64,000 nucleotides of DNA, taken from assembly GCA_963708075.1 (NCBI GenBank), contig OY970194.1:5504001-5568000 (forward strand), written 5' to 3'. A program made the translations under genes and the position numbers. The notes beneath the pieces were generated by a model. It saw only the letters and a list, made by a program, of their open reading frames with translations, was not told the origin of the DNA and searched no databases. The stretch is from Sedimentisphaerales bacterium (GTDB lineage: Bacteria > Planctomycetota > Phycisphaerae > Sedimentisphaerales > Anaerobacaceae). This document shows positions 62,575 to 64,000 of the stretch, piece after piece (positions within the stretch are counted from its first letter, which is position 1; each line of letters begins with the position of its first letter).

Positions 62575-64000
62575 TCACTGCCCGGACGTCAGCGTAATGG
62601 CGACGGTCGCCAGCAGCTCGCCCCGGCCATCATATGCTCCCAGCGTATACGGGCCCGGGGCAAGGTCGGCTGGAAGCCGGGTCTCCCAGGACGTCAGATT
62701 GGACCAGTCCAGAGCCAGCGTCTGACTTGTTTCCACGATGCGGACCTCCTGTACATCGATCCACCCCCGCCCCCGGACCGGCGTGGAAAGCGACGGCAGG
62801 ACCCTGTCGGCGGGCGTGGTGACGGCAAATGGAATGGGCGGGCCGGCCTTGGCCATGATCTGGCTCATCGCATTCTGACTGCGGCCGTCGATGTAATCCA
62901 GCCAGCCGGACCACCCCTGTTCCGGCAGCAACTGCCCGTAGTGCGACGCCCACGTGGACAGGTACGTCCGGTTGAAGCTGACCTGCAGGAACTGGTACAC
63001 GTGTCCGTAGAAAGCGTGGGCCCAGGTGGGCGTCTGGAGGAGCTTGCGCAGCACGTCGTTACTCTCCAAGGCCTTGTTCTGCTGGAACGCAAAGTCCAGG
63101 TCGTGCAGGAAGTATAGAACTCTCTTATCGGTGGGCCGGAAATAGAACATGGCGTTGTGCTGCGAATTGCTGATCCAGTTGTCGCCGACGCCGGTGGTTG
63201 ATCCCACGGCGAATGCGCAGAGCCACTGATCCACGTCGATCATCTCTGGGACGGCCTCGGCAAATGCACTGGAGCTGAGACTGAGCGTTCGCGTCAGATC
63301 GATCACGGGACCATAGTCGTCCATGTCCCGATTGTTCTTGATCAGGAAGTGCCAGCGGTATTTCTCCTTGTCGGTCCCGAGGTAGTCGGTGACATTCCGC
63401 CCATACACGCCGCCGCCTTCCTGGGGAATCTTGAGCCCCTCAGGATCGTTGCCGACGGTCTGGGCCAGGGTGTACACCAACTCGTATTCGAAGACCGTGC
63501 CGCTGCCGCCGTCATCGCCATAGGCTTCCTTGCAATAGACCGGGCCGTAGCGGGCCAATTGGACTTCGGCGCCGCTGCAATACTGCTCCCTCGGGGCGAT
63601 CAGGTAGCCGAGGTCGTGGTACTTGGAGAACCCGCCGAAGCGGTTCATGGCCGTGTGGAAGAACATCTCCCGCTGGCCCGTCTCCTGGCCGTCGGACCGG
63701 TCGAAGCCGACGCTCTGATGCACGCCCCGGAACAGTTTCTCCGGGCTGAATTCGATCTGGAAGCCGATGCGCGCGTCCTTGGGCCGGCCGTGCTCGCTGC
63801 CTTTGAGTCGCACCCCGACGTCGTAGTACACGTCCTGCTCGTTCACGATCAACGTGGCCCCGATGTGCTCGTTGCTCATCAGGTTGGTGGGCTCGAACAG
63901 GAAATTGGTCTGCTCATCGCGCATGACAATGCGATAGTTGAACACCCCCGTGGTTCTCGGCGCAAATGGACCTGTGACTTGGCCCCATGGCGGCCGGGTC
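62575..64000 (-). CDS. C-terminal part of a CotH kinase-family protein (runs off the window)
   Basis: YYDVGVRLKGS, IDVDQWL, D.W...QHN..FY, HDLDFAF. Confidence 0.8.
   Translation of the reverse strand, partial: TRPPWGQVTGPFAPRTTGVFNYRIVMRDEQTNFLFEPTNLMSNEHIGATLIVNEQDVYYDVGVRLKGSEHGRPKDARIGFQIEFSPEKLFRGVHQSVGFDRSDGQETGQREMFFHTAMNRFGGFSKYHDLGYLIAPREQYCSGAEVQLARYGPVYCKEAYGDDGGSGTVFEYELVYTLAQTVGNDPEGLKIPQEGGGVYGRNVTDYLGTDKEKYRWHFLIKNNRDMDDYGPVIDLTRTLSLSSSAFAEAVPEMIDVDQWLCAFAVGSTTGVGDNWISNSQHNAMFYFRPTDKRVLYFLHDLDFAFQQNKALESNDVLRKLLQTPTWAHAFYGHVYQFLQVSFNRTYLSTWASHYGQLLPEQGWSGWLDYIDGRSQNAMSQIMAKAGPPIPFAVTTPADRVLPSLSTPVRGRGWIDVQEVRIVETSQTLALDWSNLTSWETRLPADLAPGPYTLGAYDGRGELLATVAITLTSGQ

Overview
This is a 64 kb GC-rich bacterial chromosome segment. 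Its content points to a planctomycete, probably Phycisphaerae/Sedimentisphaerales (inference): tandem prepilin-type H-X9-DG proteins, many LamG/discoidin and CotH/lamin-tail secreted proteins, and a fused metX-metW. In order, it contains: (1) a lower-GC orphan gene cluster; (2) two prepilin-type genes and queA; (3) a coupled operon of PTS Enzyme I fused to a YHS/TRASH metal-binding domain, a His-rich CopB-type P1B ATPase, an internally deleted hemerythrin-like remnant, a four-subunit group 3b [NiFe] sulfhydrogenase and DUF302; (4) a beta-helix enzyme and a sugar ABC transporter; (5) a sulfite-oxidase-family enzyme and an HNH-AP2 endonuclease; (6) a repeat-bracketed block carrying a HEPN-like gene and a DUF433/DUF5615 toxin-antitoxin pair; (7) metX-metW and tRNA-Val(CAC); (8) DUF1345, MarC and a GH13 enzyme; (9) a putative type II restriction-modification module headed by a leaderless ribbon-helix-helix gene, next to a Y1 transposase remnant; (10) four LamG surface proteins, a complete ISAs1 element with a 10-bp target duplication, two CotH proteins, MOSC and a MarR/two-esterase operon. 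Intergenic DNA is dense in REP/MITE-like palindromes. Seven otherwise intact genes carry single-base frameshifts, most likely long-read indel errors. The best candidate for an undescribed system is the EI-YHS / CopB / hydrogenase operon. All family assignments come from motif recognition by eye, not database searches.
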